A stretch of DNA of 64,000 nucleotides from an uncultured virus (IMG/VR IMGVR_UViG_3300025009_000092) (IMGVR_UViG_3300025009_000092), one strand, 5' to 3'. Shown: positions 1 to 8,352, numbered from the stretch's first letter. Numbers and translations: made by a program. Notes: generated by a model from the sequence alone, not told the origin.

Positions 1-52
1 CGGTAATGGAGATGTTTAAATATTTCATCCAAGGTTCCATCCAGAAAAAGAA

Positions 53-216
53 ATGAAGATTTATTTAGCCGGGGTTCCGGGGGGGGCAGTCCCGGGTATT
101 GCAAAAGGGAGATTGAACTGATTGATAAAAATCTATTTAAAACCAGATTACATTCTTTTTATCATCTAAAAATCACGAATAATAGTATAATAAAGCAGAA
201 GAAAAAGAAGTCGTAA
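53..216 (+). pseudogene. MKIYLAG module A, frameshifted at a G8 tract (candidate phase-variable OFF state)
   Basis: ATG53 reads MKIYLAGVPGG into G8 (79-86) and stops at 119-121. One extra G gives ...GSPGYCKREIELIDKNLFKTRLHSFYHL...KKKS, ending TAA at 214-216, three bases before the next ATG. Confidence 0.75.
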
Positions 217-219
217 ACC

Positions 220-1252
220 ATGAAAATCAACTTTGCCGGCACCCCAGGAACGAGAGAGAGAGAGAGAGAGGAAATGGCAAAGCCTGATTAACAAGCGCCT
301 CCTCTCTTTCTGGGATATTTCTCAAAATCAATTTAACATACCATTTGCCTTCGAATTATCTATGGAAACTAAAGTCGACATCTTCCTTGACTCCGGCGCT
401 TTCTCCGCATTTACCCAGGGCGTAGAAATCGATATTAACGAGTATATCGAATTCATAAAAGCCCATAAGGATCACCTTGAGGTATATGCCAATCTTGATG
501 TTATTGGTTCCCCGGAAGGCACATGGCGGAATCAGCGGCGCATGGAGAAGGCCGGGGTCAATCCCCTCCCCTGTTTCCATTATGGCGAAGATCCCAAGTG
601 GCTGCAGATGTATTTATCCAGGGGCTACGACTATATTGCCCTTGGCGGCATGGTTCCTATCTCAACCCCTGATCTGAGAATATGGCTGGATGATATCTGG
701 AAAAATTACCTGACCGATAAAGACGGGATGCCGATTATCAAGGTGCATGGGTTTGGATTGACCAGCAACTCCTTGATGCGGCGATATCCCTGGTGGTCGG
801 TAGATAGTACGAGCTGGGTAATGACTGGCCGGATGGGCGGGGTATATGTCCCGAAATTCAAGGACGGCAAATACGACTATTCAGAAGACTGCTGGAAGGT
901 CCAGGTCAGCAATCGCAGCCCAAGTAAAAACGAGGCCGGCAAACACCTGGAATCCTTTTCCCCAATTGCCCGGCAGAATATTGAAAAGTATTTTACCGCC
1001 AAAGGATTCAAGGTTGGAGTATCCAAATTTAGGACGGTTGATGCCAAATACGAATTAAAAGAAGATGAGAAATGGAATGGCAAGGAGGCTGGCGGAAAGA
1101 GGGAGGTCGAAAAAATAATCGAGGGCGGTCTCTCCAATGATTACAAGCAGCGAGATGAACTGAATATTATCTACTTTCTGGATCTGGAAAAGAACTGGCG
1201 GGCCTGGCCGTGGCCGTTTCAACCAAAGGTATCGAGGAGTTTTTCGTTATAA
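220..1252 (+). CDS. dpdA: DpdA/TGT-like 7-deazaguanine DNA transglycosylase; its N-terminal module is out of frame at an (AG)9 tract
   Basis: TGT-barrel motifs FLDSGAFS, NLDVIG, PCFHYGE, IALGGMV, KVHGFG and SVDSTSW; queD/queE are in the same genome. ATG220 (MKINFAGTPG) joins the long ORF only if the AG tract (252-270) gains one unit or loses two. There is an in-frame internal ATG at 362. Confidence 0.7.
252..270. repeat. (GA)9G dinucleotide microsatellite
   Basis: gagagagagagagagagag read directly. Confidence 0.95.
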
Positions 1253-1476
1253 TGCGCATTTACCTTGCAACTTGGCTCCTGGAGATATCACAAGGAGAAT
1301 CCCTGACCAAAGCAAATGGCCGGCATTGCCTCTTGAGTTATTTTCACACCAAAGAAAAAGAAGCCGATTTTGATCAATACTGTAAAACCGGAACCAATAG
1401 AAACAATCAAAAAGATGAAAATATATCTGGCTGGCAACGGGGCGATGCCAAAAGAACAAAGAGAAAGTCTGTATAA
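1252..1476 (+). CDS. MKIYLAG-family module C (no tract, intact)
   Basis: MRIYLATW...RHCLLSYFH; the ATG overlaps the dpdA-like stop (TAATG). Confidence 0.7.
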   Translation: MRIYLATWLLEISQGESLTKANGRHCLLSYFHTKEKEADFDQYCKTGTNRNNQKDENISGWQRGDAKRTKRKSV

Positions 1477-1604
1477 TGGTTGCCCCCCCCCGATTGAAGA
1501 GGCGGCTTTTATCATTCTTTGAAGTCCAGCCCGGAAGATTTTGTCATTCTCAATGGAATTGGTTACATGAAAATATACTTAGCAAGCATCGCACCAGGCC
1601 ATGA
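1415..1604 (+). pseudogene. MKIYLAG module D, frameshifted at a C9 tract (candidate OFF state)
   Basis: MKIYLAGNGAMPKEQRESLYNGCPP runs into C9 (1483-1491). Removing one C gives RLKRRLLSFFEV...RP, ending TGA at 1602-1604. Confidence 0.75.
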
Positions 1605-1788
1605 GGGGGGGGCGGATCTTCCTGCTTTAAAAATCGATAAGCGCCTTTTATCATACCATCATATACTCGGGAATAACTTCGGTTCTACTATTGTATTTAA
1701 CGCCTTAATAGGAGAAGAGCATGCAGTTAAAAAGAACGGAATTGATAGCCGCCCTGGAAGAAGTAAAGCCAGGACTCGCCCAGCGTGA
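1567..1788 (+). CDS. MKIYLA module E with an in-frame G8 tract (candidate ON state)
   Basis: MKIYLASIAPGHEGGADLPALKIDKRLLSYHH; G8 at 1605-1612. Confidence 0.75.
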   Translation: MKIYLASIAPGHEGGADLPALKIDKRLLSYHHILGNNFGSTIVFNALIGEEHAVKKNGIDSRPGRSKARTRPA

Positions 1789-2740
1789 CATAATTGCGCA
1801 ATCAACCAGCTTTGTTTTTGCTGGGGATTCAATCACAACTTTCAATGATGAGATATCTGTCTGGAAGCCATTCAAATCCGGAATCGAGGGAGCCGTCCGG
1901 GCCAATGAATTGTATTCCCTCCTTTCCAAGATCAAGGACGAGGAAATCGAAATTGGTATTGTTGAAAACGAACTGATCATCAAAGGGAAGCGGAGCAAGG
2001 CCGGCATCAAACTGGAAGCCGAAATAATGCTTCCGCTGGATGAAGTCGATATCGAACATACCAAATTTACCAAGCTGCCGGATAACTTCCTGAAGGCCAT
2101 TTCCATTGCCAGTTACTGCGCCGCCAAGGATCTGAGTAAACCCCTTTTGACCTGTGTCTATATTGATGGCGAGGTCGTGACTGCTTCCGATGATTTCCGG
2201 ATCATTCAAGTCAATTTTGATGCAGAGGTCAAATCCGAACCAATTCTGTTGCCGGCATCGGTTGTCAAATTCTTGGTTAAGTATGATGTCAAGCGTCTGT
2301 CCCATTCCCCCGGCTGGATTCATTTCCATGCCAATGCCTGTCCGGGCTTTCTTGACGGGCTGATTTTTTCAGCCCGGGTCCTGGCTGGCAAATTCCCAGA
2401 GGTTGAGCAATTCCTTGAAGTCAAAGGAAAGGAACTCCATTTCCCGGCCGGCGTTTTGGAAATGCTGGATCGGGCCGGGGTATTTACGGCGGATTCAGCA
2501 AGCGGTGATTTCGTATCGGTGATAGTCGAAGACCGAACCATGATCATCAAAGGGAAAGGGGATTATGGTTGGTTGGAAGAAACGGCCAATTGTAAATACA
2601 AAGGGGAGAAAATCGAGTTTGATGTTGACCCTTCTTTCCTGATTGATATCCTCAAGAATTTGCGGAAGTGCATTGTCGGGAATGGGGCTTTGTTATTTGA
2701 AGGGGATAATTTCAGGCATGTAGTTGCGCTGGTTGGGTGA
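1721..2740 (+). CDS. dnaN: DNA polymerase III beta sliding clamp-like protein
   Basis: 339 aa with a clamp-like pattern (LLTCVYI, ASDDFRI, GKFP, FLIDILK); adjacent to dnaE and dnaX. Confidence 0.75.
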   Translation: MQLKRTELIAALEEVKPGLAQRDIIAQSTSFVFAGDSITTFNDEISVWKPFKSGIEGAVRANELYSLLSKIKDEEIEIGIVENELIIKGKRSKAGIKLEAEIMLPLDEVDIEHTKFTKLPDNFLKAISIASYCAAKDLSKPLLTCVYIDGEVVTASDDFRIIQVNFDAEVKSEPILLPASVVKFLVKYDVKRLSHSPGWIHFHANACPGFLDGLIFSARVLAGKFPEVEQFLEVKGKELHFPAGVLEMLDRAGVFTADSASGDFVSVIVEDRTMIIKGKGDYGWLEETANCKYKGEKIEFDVDPSFLIDILKNLRKCIVGNGALLFEGDNFRHVVALVG

Positions 2741-2743
2741 TAT

Positions 2744-4210
2744 ATGTTTTGTCACCTCCATCTCCACAATGAATACTCCGTCCTTGATGGGGTCGGGACT
2801 TCCAAACAATATGCCGCCCTGGCTAAAGAACTTGGACAAACTCATCTCGCAATATCAAACCATGGAAACATCGACGGCGCGATTGAACACCAGAAGCAAT
2901 GCCTTGAAGCCGGGATAAAGCCAATTATCGGAGCAGAGATGTATCTTGTTCCGGATATGACCCAGAAACAGAAAGGGGAAACTCGCTACCATATAACTCT
3001 ACTTGTCGAGAATCAAACCGGCTGGCGGAATCTTCTACAACTCCTGACCATTGCCAATATTGAAGGGTTCTACCACAGGCCCAGGATCGACCATAAAACC
3101 CTCCTGAAGCATATTGATGGCCTGGTAATCCTTTCGGCCTGCTCCATGTCTTATCTGCTCCTTGATGTCGAAAATTGGATGATCCTCGATTATATTGAGG
3201 CGCTTGGAAAGGATCGAGTTTTCCTGGAGGTCATGCCGCATGATATCCCCGAGCAGGTAAAAGTAAATAAATTGGCTTTGAAGATATCCAAAGAACTCGG
3301 GATTCAAATTGTAGCCACTAACGATGTTCATTATCCGACCAATGAGGCAACCAAACATCAAGAAGTACTCCTGGCCATCCAATCAAAAAGAACCTGGAAT
3401 GATCCAAACAGGTGGAAATTTAATTGTACCGGCCTCTTTCTCCGCTCAGAAAAAGAAATGGTCGAGGCCTTCCAGGATCAAGGTGTTTTGACTGACCACG
3501 AGATCCGGAAGGCAATCCGGATGACTGGCAAGGTCGCCAGGCTTTGTGAAAACTTTCGGATTGAACAGCAAGAAGTATATCTGCCAAGCATCAAGAAATC
3601 TTTTAATGATGAATCAGAATTATTGTTTCTTGAAAATATGGTTTACAAGGGATTGAAAAGAAGAATCCGCGGGCGAACTTTCGAGGAATTGAAGCCATAC
3701 AAAGAACGAATCGAAATGGAAATGAAACTGATCATCTCCAAGAAGTTCGTTCGCTACTTCCTCATCGTTTGGGATCTTATTCAATGGTGCCAAAAGAATA
3801 ATGTAATGACTGGACCAGGGAGGGGGAGTGCTGGTGGATGCCTTGTTGCTTACCTATTGTATATTACTGATTGTGATCCCCTCATCTATGGTACAGAGTT
3901 CTTTCGGTTTATAGATATAAGCCGGTGTTTTATTGGAGGCACAAAAGTATTAATCAATAATGGGGTTAAAAATATTGAAGAAGCAAAAATCGGAGATATT
4001 GTTATAAATAAATATGGGGAAGAAGATGAAATTGAAAAGATTAGAAAATTTAATGTAAAAGAAAAACTTTTGAAAATTTATTTTGAGGATAAATTTATTA
4101 TTTGCACTCAAGATCATAAATGGATAGTTAAGGATGAGAATGAAAATATAGTAGAAAAAATGGCGAAATATTTAAATCCCGATAAGGATAAACTAATAAG
4201 GATAAAATGA
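2744..4210 (+). CDS. dnaE: DNA polymerase III alpha, N-part (PHP domain plus start of the palm), fused to a split-intein N-half
   Basis: HLHLHNEYSVLDG, ATNDVHY, GPGRGSAGG; the intein begins CFIGGTKV at 3926 and has a block-B motif CTQDHKW. Confidence 0.92.
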   Translation: MFCHLHLHNEYSVLDGVGTSKQYAALAKELGQTHLAISNHGNIDGAIEHQKQCLEAGIKPIIGAEMYLVPDMTQKQKGETRYHITLLVENQTGWRNLLQLLTIANIEGFYHRPRIDHKTLLKHIDGLVILSACSMSYLLLDVENWMILDYIEALGKDRVFLEVMPHDIPEQVKVNKLALKISKELGIQIVATNDVHYPTNEATKHQEVLLAIQSKRTWNDPNRWKFNCTGLFLRSEKEMVEAFQDQGVLTDHEIRKAIRMTGKVARLCENFRIEQQEVYLPSIKKSFNDESELLFLENMVYKGLKRRIRGRTFEELKPYKERIEMEMKLIISKKFVRYFLIVWDLIQWCQKNNVMTGPGRGSAGGCLVAYLLYITDCDPLIYGTEFFRFIDISRCFIGGTKVLINNGVKNIEEAKIGDIVINKYGEEDEIEKIRKFNVKEKLLKIYFEDKFIICTQDHKWIVKDENENIVEKMAKYLNPDKDKLIRIK

Positions 4211-5049
4211 TGAGAAGGAGGAATCTTCTAAAATCAGGAATTTATTGCATAAAAAATATTATCACCAATAAAATTTATATTGGTAGTTCAATAAATTTAA
4301 AAAACAGAATAAATGAACATAAGCGTTATTTAAGCAAGAAAACTCATCATAGCAGCCACCTACAAAGATCGTGGGATAAATATAAAGAAGAAGCATTTGA
4401 ATTTAATATTATAGAAAGGGTTTGTAATGAAAAACTTTTAGAAAGGGAGCAATACTGGATTAATTTTTATAAGTCATCAAATAGAAAATTTGGTTATAAT
4501 ATTTGTCCGATTGCCGGAAATACCCTTGGGGTCAAAATGTCAGAGGAGGTCAAAAGGAAAACCTCCGAAAGAACCAAAGGGGAGAAAAATCCAATGTTCG
4601 GCAAAACACATACTCCAGAAGTTAGAAAAATATTATCTGATTTTCATACCGGATTAAAAGTAACTGATGAATTTAGAGAAAAAATGTCTATTGTAACAAA
4701 CGGAGAAAACAATGGAATGTATGGCCGAAATCACTCGGTAGAAGCAAAAGAATCAATAGCAACGAAACTAAAACAAAGAGGCGGTTATTTAGGGGAGAAA
4801 AATCCTAATTACGGCAAAAAGTGGTCGATAGAACAAAGAAAGGCGATGAGTGAAAGGTTGTTATCAGAAAAGACTATGGCCGGAGACAATAACCCGAACG
4901 TAAAAATAAAAAGTTATAATTATCCAAAAATTCTAAACAGAATTAGAAATAAAGGGAGAAAAGCAATTCCATTTTTAGCAAAACATTTTGGAGTTTGTCC
5001 AGCTACCATAGATAATATATTAAAGAAGGTGGATTGTGAAAACTATTGA
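4207..5049 (+). CDS. GIY-YIG homing endonuclease with NUMOD3-like repeats, located between the intein halves
   Basis: SGIYCIKNIITNKIYIGSS, REQYWI, GYNI, repeated GEKNPMFGKTH-type motifs; AT-rich. Confidence 0.9.
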   Translation: MMRRRNLLKSGIYCIKNIITNKIYIGSSINLKNRINEHKRYLSKKTHHSSHLQRSWDKYKEEAFEFNIIERVCNEKLLEREQYWINFYKSSNRKFGYNICPIAGNTLGVKMSEEVKRKTSERTKGEKNPMFGKTHTPEVRKILSDFHTGLKVTDEFREKMSIVTNGENNGMYGRNHSVEAKESIATKLKQRGGYLGEKNPNYGKKWSIEQRKAMSERLLSEKTMAGDNNPNVKIKSYNYPKILNRIRNKGRKAIPFLAKHFGVCPATIDNILKKVDCENY

Positions 5050-6679
5050 AATCAAAGAATCCATAAAAATTAAAAAAATAGAAGAGTTTGATTTTGAAGG
5101 GTTAGTCTATTCTTTAAAAGTTAAGAATGATCCGTCTTACTGTTTAGAAAACAAAATAATAACAAAAAATTGCGACCTTCCTGATATTGATATGGATTTT
5201 GAGGACATCCGCCGCGATGATGTTCGTAAATATCTTTCTGAAAAATATGGGGAGTATAATGTAGTTGGCCTTTCCAATTTCCTGACCATGAAAGGAAAGG
5301 GCGTACTTCGCGATGTAAGCCGCGTTTTCGATATCCCCTTATCAGAGGTCGACTTTGCCGCCAAGGCGATGGTAGAGGCCGAAGTAGGCCAGGAGATCGA
5401 GAAGTCTTTCAGTGAGGTTCCGGAGTGCCGGAGATTCGGTCAGAAATATCCAGAAGTGATTGAGGTTGCCCAATCCATCGAAGGACAGATCAGAGGCCAT
5501 GGTCAGCATGCGGCCGGCGTCTGTATTTCCGAAAAGGATCTCCGGGAAGGTCACAATTGCAATCTCGTTACCCGGGCCGGTACCATAGTGGCCAATTGGG
5601 ATATGAGGAATGCAGAGTATTGTGGTTTGATGAAACTGGATATCCTTGGACTTTCAGCCCTAACCATCTTGAATGAATGCCGACGGATGGTAAAACAGAA
5701 TCACGGGATTGATATCAATTATAAAAAAATTACCTTCGATGATCCAAAAGTCTTTGCCGAAATATCCGAGGGCAATACGGTCGGGGCCTTCCAGATTGGT
5801 TCAAATGGCCTGACCAATTATTGCAAGGAACTCGGGGTTGAAAATTTTCAAATGCTCTATGCAGTAACGGCCTTGTGGCGTCCTGGTCCCATGCAATCAG
5901 GGATGACCGAGTTATATTCCAAGCGGAAACGGGAAAAGGCCAAGGTCGAAAAGATTCATCCTATTTTTGATAAACTGACGGAGGAAACATTCGGGGTCAT
6001 TGTTTATCAGGAACAGGTCATGAAAGCGGTCAATCAATTGGCTGGCATCCCTATGTCAACTTGCAATAAGATCAGGAAGGTCATGGGCAAGAGTATGGGT
6101 CACGCCGCTTTCGATAAATATAAAGACGAGTTCCTGCAGGGTTGTAAAAATCAAGGAACGATCCCGGAAAAGAAGGCCATACAAATCTGGGATATGATGT
6201 CGAAATTCGGTGGTTACGGCTTCAATCTTTCTCATTCTGTAGAATATTCAATGATTACATATTGGGACATGTTTAGCAAAACATATTTCCCCAATGAGTT
6301 CCTTGCTTCCTGCCTGACCCTTGGAGATAAGACAAAAAACATTGAATATATCAGGGAAGCCAGGCGGCTTGGTTTGAAGATCAATCTGCCAAAAATTGGT
6401 ATTTCAGATGCGGTCAAATGGAATTGTGACAAGAAAGGTAATTTGTATGCCCCATTTATTTCCATTAATGGCGTCGGCGAAACCGTAGCTGAAAAGATTG
6501 CTGCAGCCAAACTCGGGGAGAAGCAGCGGAAAGGCTTTTTCTCATCGACCCCAAGTGAAAAGATCCCCGGCGTGAATAAAAACGTAACCGCAATCCTGAC
6601 CCAGATAAATGCATTTGATCCTGATTATGTGACAACAAGAGATGATCTGAAGAAGTTTAAATCACTATTTATTTTTTGA
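5036..6679 (+). CDS. dnaE: Split-intein C-half fused to DNA polymerase III alpha, C-part
   Basis: VYSLKVKNDPSY...IITKN|CDLPDIDMDF, then HAAGV, LMKLDILGL, VYQEQVM and YGFNLSH. Confidence 0.92.
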   Translation: MKTIEIKESIKIKKIEEFDFEGLVYSLKVKNDPSYCLENKIITKNCDLPDIDMDFEDIRRDDVRKYLSEKYGEYNVVGLSNFLTMKGKGVLRDVSRVFDIPLSEVDFAAKAMVEAEVGQEIEKSFSEVPECRRFGQKYPEVIEVAQSIEGQIRGHGQHAAGVCISEKDLREGHNCNLVTRAGTIVANWDMRNAEYCGLMKLDILGLSALTILNECRRMVKQNHGIDINYKKITFDDPKVFAEISEGNTVGAFQIGSNGLTNYCKELGVENFQMLYAVTALWRPGPMQSGMTELYSKRKREKAKVEKIHPIFDKLTEETFGVIVYQEQVMKAVNQLAGIPMSTCNKIRKVMGKSMGHAAFDKYKDEFLQGCKNQGTIPEKKAIQIWDMMSKFGGYGFNLSHSVEYSMITYWDMFSKTYFPNEFLASCLTLGDKTKNIEYIREARRLGLKINLPKIGISDAVKWNCDKKGNLYAPFISINGVGETVAEKIAAAKLGEKQRKGFFSSTPSEKIPGVNKNVTAILTQINAFDPDYVTTRDDLKKFKSLFIF

Positions 6680-6685
6680 GGAAAT

Positions 6686-6949
6686 ATGAGCCTTTTTTGG
6701 TCACTCCATTGCCGGGATTGCTTCAATTGCAAACAGAAAGTTATCAAGACCGTCGAATCCCTTGAAGAATTTACCAGCCGGAAAGATAATGAGATCCGGA
6801 AGGGATGGAAAGAAAAACTCCTGAAGAATGGCCATCTTGAATTCTATTGGTGTGGTTTGGAAAGAAATACCCGCCTGCGAACTTCGCCACCCGGGCGAGG
6901 GGCAGAAAAAAGAACCGAAACAGAATTTTGTTCATTTATGGATAATTAA
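6686..6949 (+). CDS. hypothetical protein, Cys-rich
   Basis: ORF with GAGG ribosome-binding site and CRDCFNC. Confidence 0.5.
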   Translation: MSLFWSLHCRDCFNCKQKVIKTVESLEEFTSRKDNEIRKGWKEKLLKNGHLEFYWCGLERNTRLRTSPPGRGAEKRTETEFCSFMDN

Positions 6950-6958
6950 GGAGAGATA

Positions 6959-7930
6959 ATGTCACTTGATACCAGATTTCGCCCGGCAACCCTGCAGCAG
7001 ATGGTCGGCAATAAAACCACCATTGCGGCCATTCAAGGCCTTTTTGATCGCCGGGAAAACTTCCCCCATGCCTTACTTATTTCAGGCCCGACTGGCTGCG
7101 GGAAAACAACCATTGGTAGAATCATAACCAATATGTTGGGGGCCAAGAGCGATGACTACCGGGAGATCGATTCGGCACAATTCAATGGAATCGATACTGT
7201 CCGAGAAATCAAGAATCAGATGCGCTTCAAGCCCAGGCATCCCGAAAGCACCTGCAGAGTCTGGCTTATAGATGAGTGCCATATGCTCGGGACTGGCGGA
7301 GCTAGCGAGAAGAATAAGGCGCAGAACGCCATCCTGAAAATGCTTGAGGATGCCCCCAGCCATGTTTACTTCATTCTCTGCACTACCGATCCGCAACGTT
7401 TATTACCAACCGTCAGGGGCCGCTGTACCAGCTTTGAGGTATCAACAATTGACCGGGACTTGATGGCCGGCCTTGTTAAGAAGACCGCCAGGCGGGAGAA
7501 GTCGCCGGTATCGGATGCGGTCGTGGAGATGATTGTCGAGAAGGCCGGTGGTCACCCCCGCAATGCCATGAAGCTGCTGGAAAAAGTAATTGGCTTGACC
7601 GAAGAGCAGGCGCAGGAGATTATTGATGAGGAAGAACGGTTTACTTCAGAAGGAATCGAATTGTGCCGGGAGCTCCTGAAGGCAAAAAGCCAAACCTCCT
7701 GGTCAAAGATTGCGAAGATCTTGAGTGGCTTGAAGAACCAGGACGAGGAAGGTATCCGGCGACTGGTATTGAGTTATTGCAATTCAATCCTTTTGAAACA
7801 GAATAGCCTCCATGCTTTCCTGACCATGGATGAGTTCTCCCAGCCGTTTTATGATACCGGCAAGGCGGGGTTGACCCTGGCTTGTTACAAAGCGGTTTTC
7901 AATGACGAACGAACAGATATTCCTTTTTAA
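6959..7930 (+). CDS. dnaX: DNA polymerase III clamp loader gamma/tau-like AAA+ ATPase
   Basis: RFRP, GPTGCGKTT, LIDECHML, AQNAILKMLE, TVRGRC. Confidence 0.88.
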   Translation: MSLDTRFRPATLQQMVGNKTTIAAIQGLFDRRENFPHALLISGPTGCGKTTIGRIITNMLGAKSDDYREIDSAQFNGIDTVREIKNQMRFKPRHPESTCRVWLIDECHMLGTGGASEKNKAQNAILKMLEDAPSHVYFILCTTDPQRLLPTVRGRCTSFEVSTIDRDLMAGLVKKTARREKSPVSDAVVEMIVEKAGGHPRNAMKLLEKVIGLTEEQAQEIIDEEERFTSEGIELCRELLKAKSQTSWSKIAKILSGLKNQDEEGIRRLVLSYCNSILLKQNSLHAFLTMDEFSQPFYDTGKAGLTLACYKAVFNDERTDIPF

Positions 7931-7941
7931 TCGGTCAATCA

Positions 7942-7991
7942 AAAATAAATCGGCAGAAAACCGATTGAAAAAAGTATAATAGGATAGAAGA
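7942..7991 (+). promoter_or_regulatory. promoter/operator, copy 1
   Basis: TATAAT at 7975-7980 preceded by the inverted repeat AATCGG-N7-CCGATT; a near-identical copy lies at 58602-58650. Confidence 0.7.
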
Positions 7992-7997
7992 TAAATT

Positions 7998-8151
7998 TGC
8001 TGGCGGAAGCTAGAAAGCATCTAGCGGTTGGTGTATGATAACGTGAGCCGCAGACCAATAATGAACGAACTTCGTTGTTGGTTTCATACCACCGATTGAA
8101 AAGCGGGTTAATTCAATAATTGCAGGTTCAAATCCTGTCCGCCGGCAACCA
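7998..8151 (+). ncRNA. tRNA-shaped RNA 1 with an elongated anticodon arm
   Basis: Acceptor TGCTGGCGG/CCGCCGGCA followed by ACCA; T-arm GCAGG-TTCAAAT-CCTGT; 6-bp D-like hairpin GCTAGA/TCTAGC. Confidence 0.65.
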
Positions 8152-8156
8152 AATAT

Positions 8157-8329
8157 GGAAATAGAAGTGGATGGTATCCACTCCCCCGCTAGCCCCGTGG
8201 GGAAAGAACAACGGCTCATCGCAGATAATTTGGAAATTCCGGAAACTCCAAATGGGACTGGGGTGGTGAGTGATAAATAACGGGGAGTTGAGCAGCAGTT
8301 CAGACCGGTTCGATTCCGGCCTATTTCCA
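8157..8329 (+). ncRNA. tRNA-shaped RNA 2 (tRNA-Sec-like scaffold) with an insertion of about 95 nt in the anticodon arm
   Basis: 8-bp acceptor GGAAATAG/CTATTTCC; D hairpin GTGGAT-GGT-ATCCAC; stem TCCCCCG...CGGGGAG; variable arm TGAGC/GTTCA; T-arm CCGG-TTCGATT-CCGG. Confidence 0.65.
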
Positions 8330-8352
8330 ACCTTCTTAAAAAGGAATCTAAA

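Noticed and set aside
233..361. ORF-track start at TTG233 (MPAPQERERERER) as the real DpdA N-terminus
   Set aside because: It has no ribosome-binding site. ATG220 in another frame matches the MKIYLAG paralog family, so the ERERER stretch is better explained as the translated repeat tract.
3926..5170. Group I intron interrupting dnaE
   Set aside because: The ORFs overlap tightly, leaving no room for an intron core, and intein motifs at both junctions explain the interruption.
7998..8329. Canonical tRNA or tmRNA genes
   Set aside because: No 7-nt anticodon loop can be assigned and the elements are too short for tmRNA, so they are reported as tRNA-like only.
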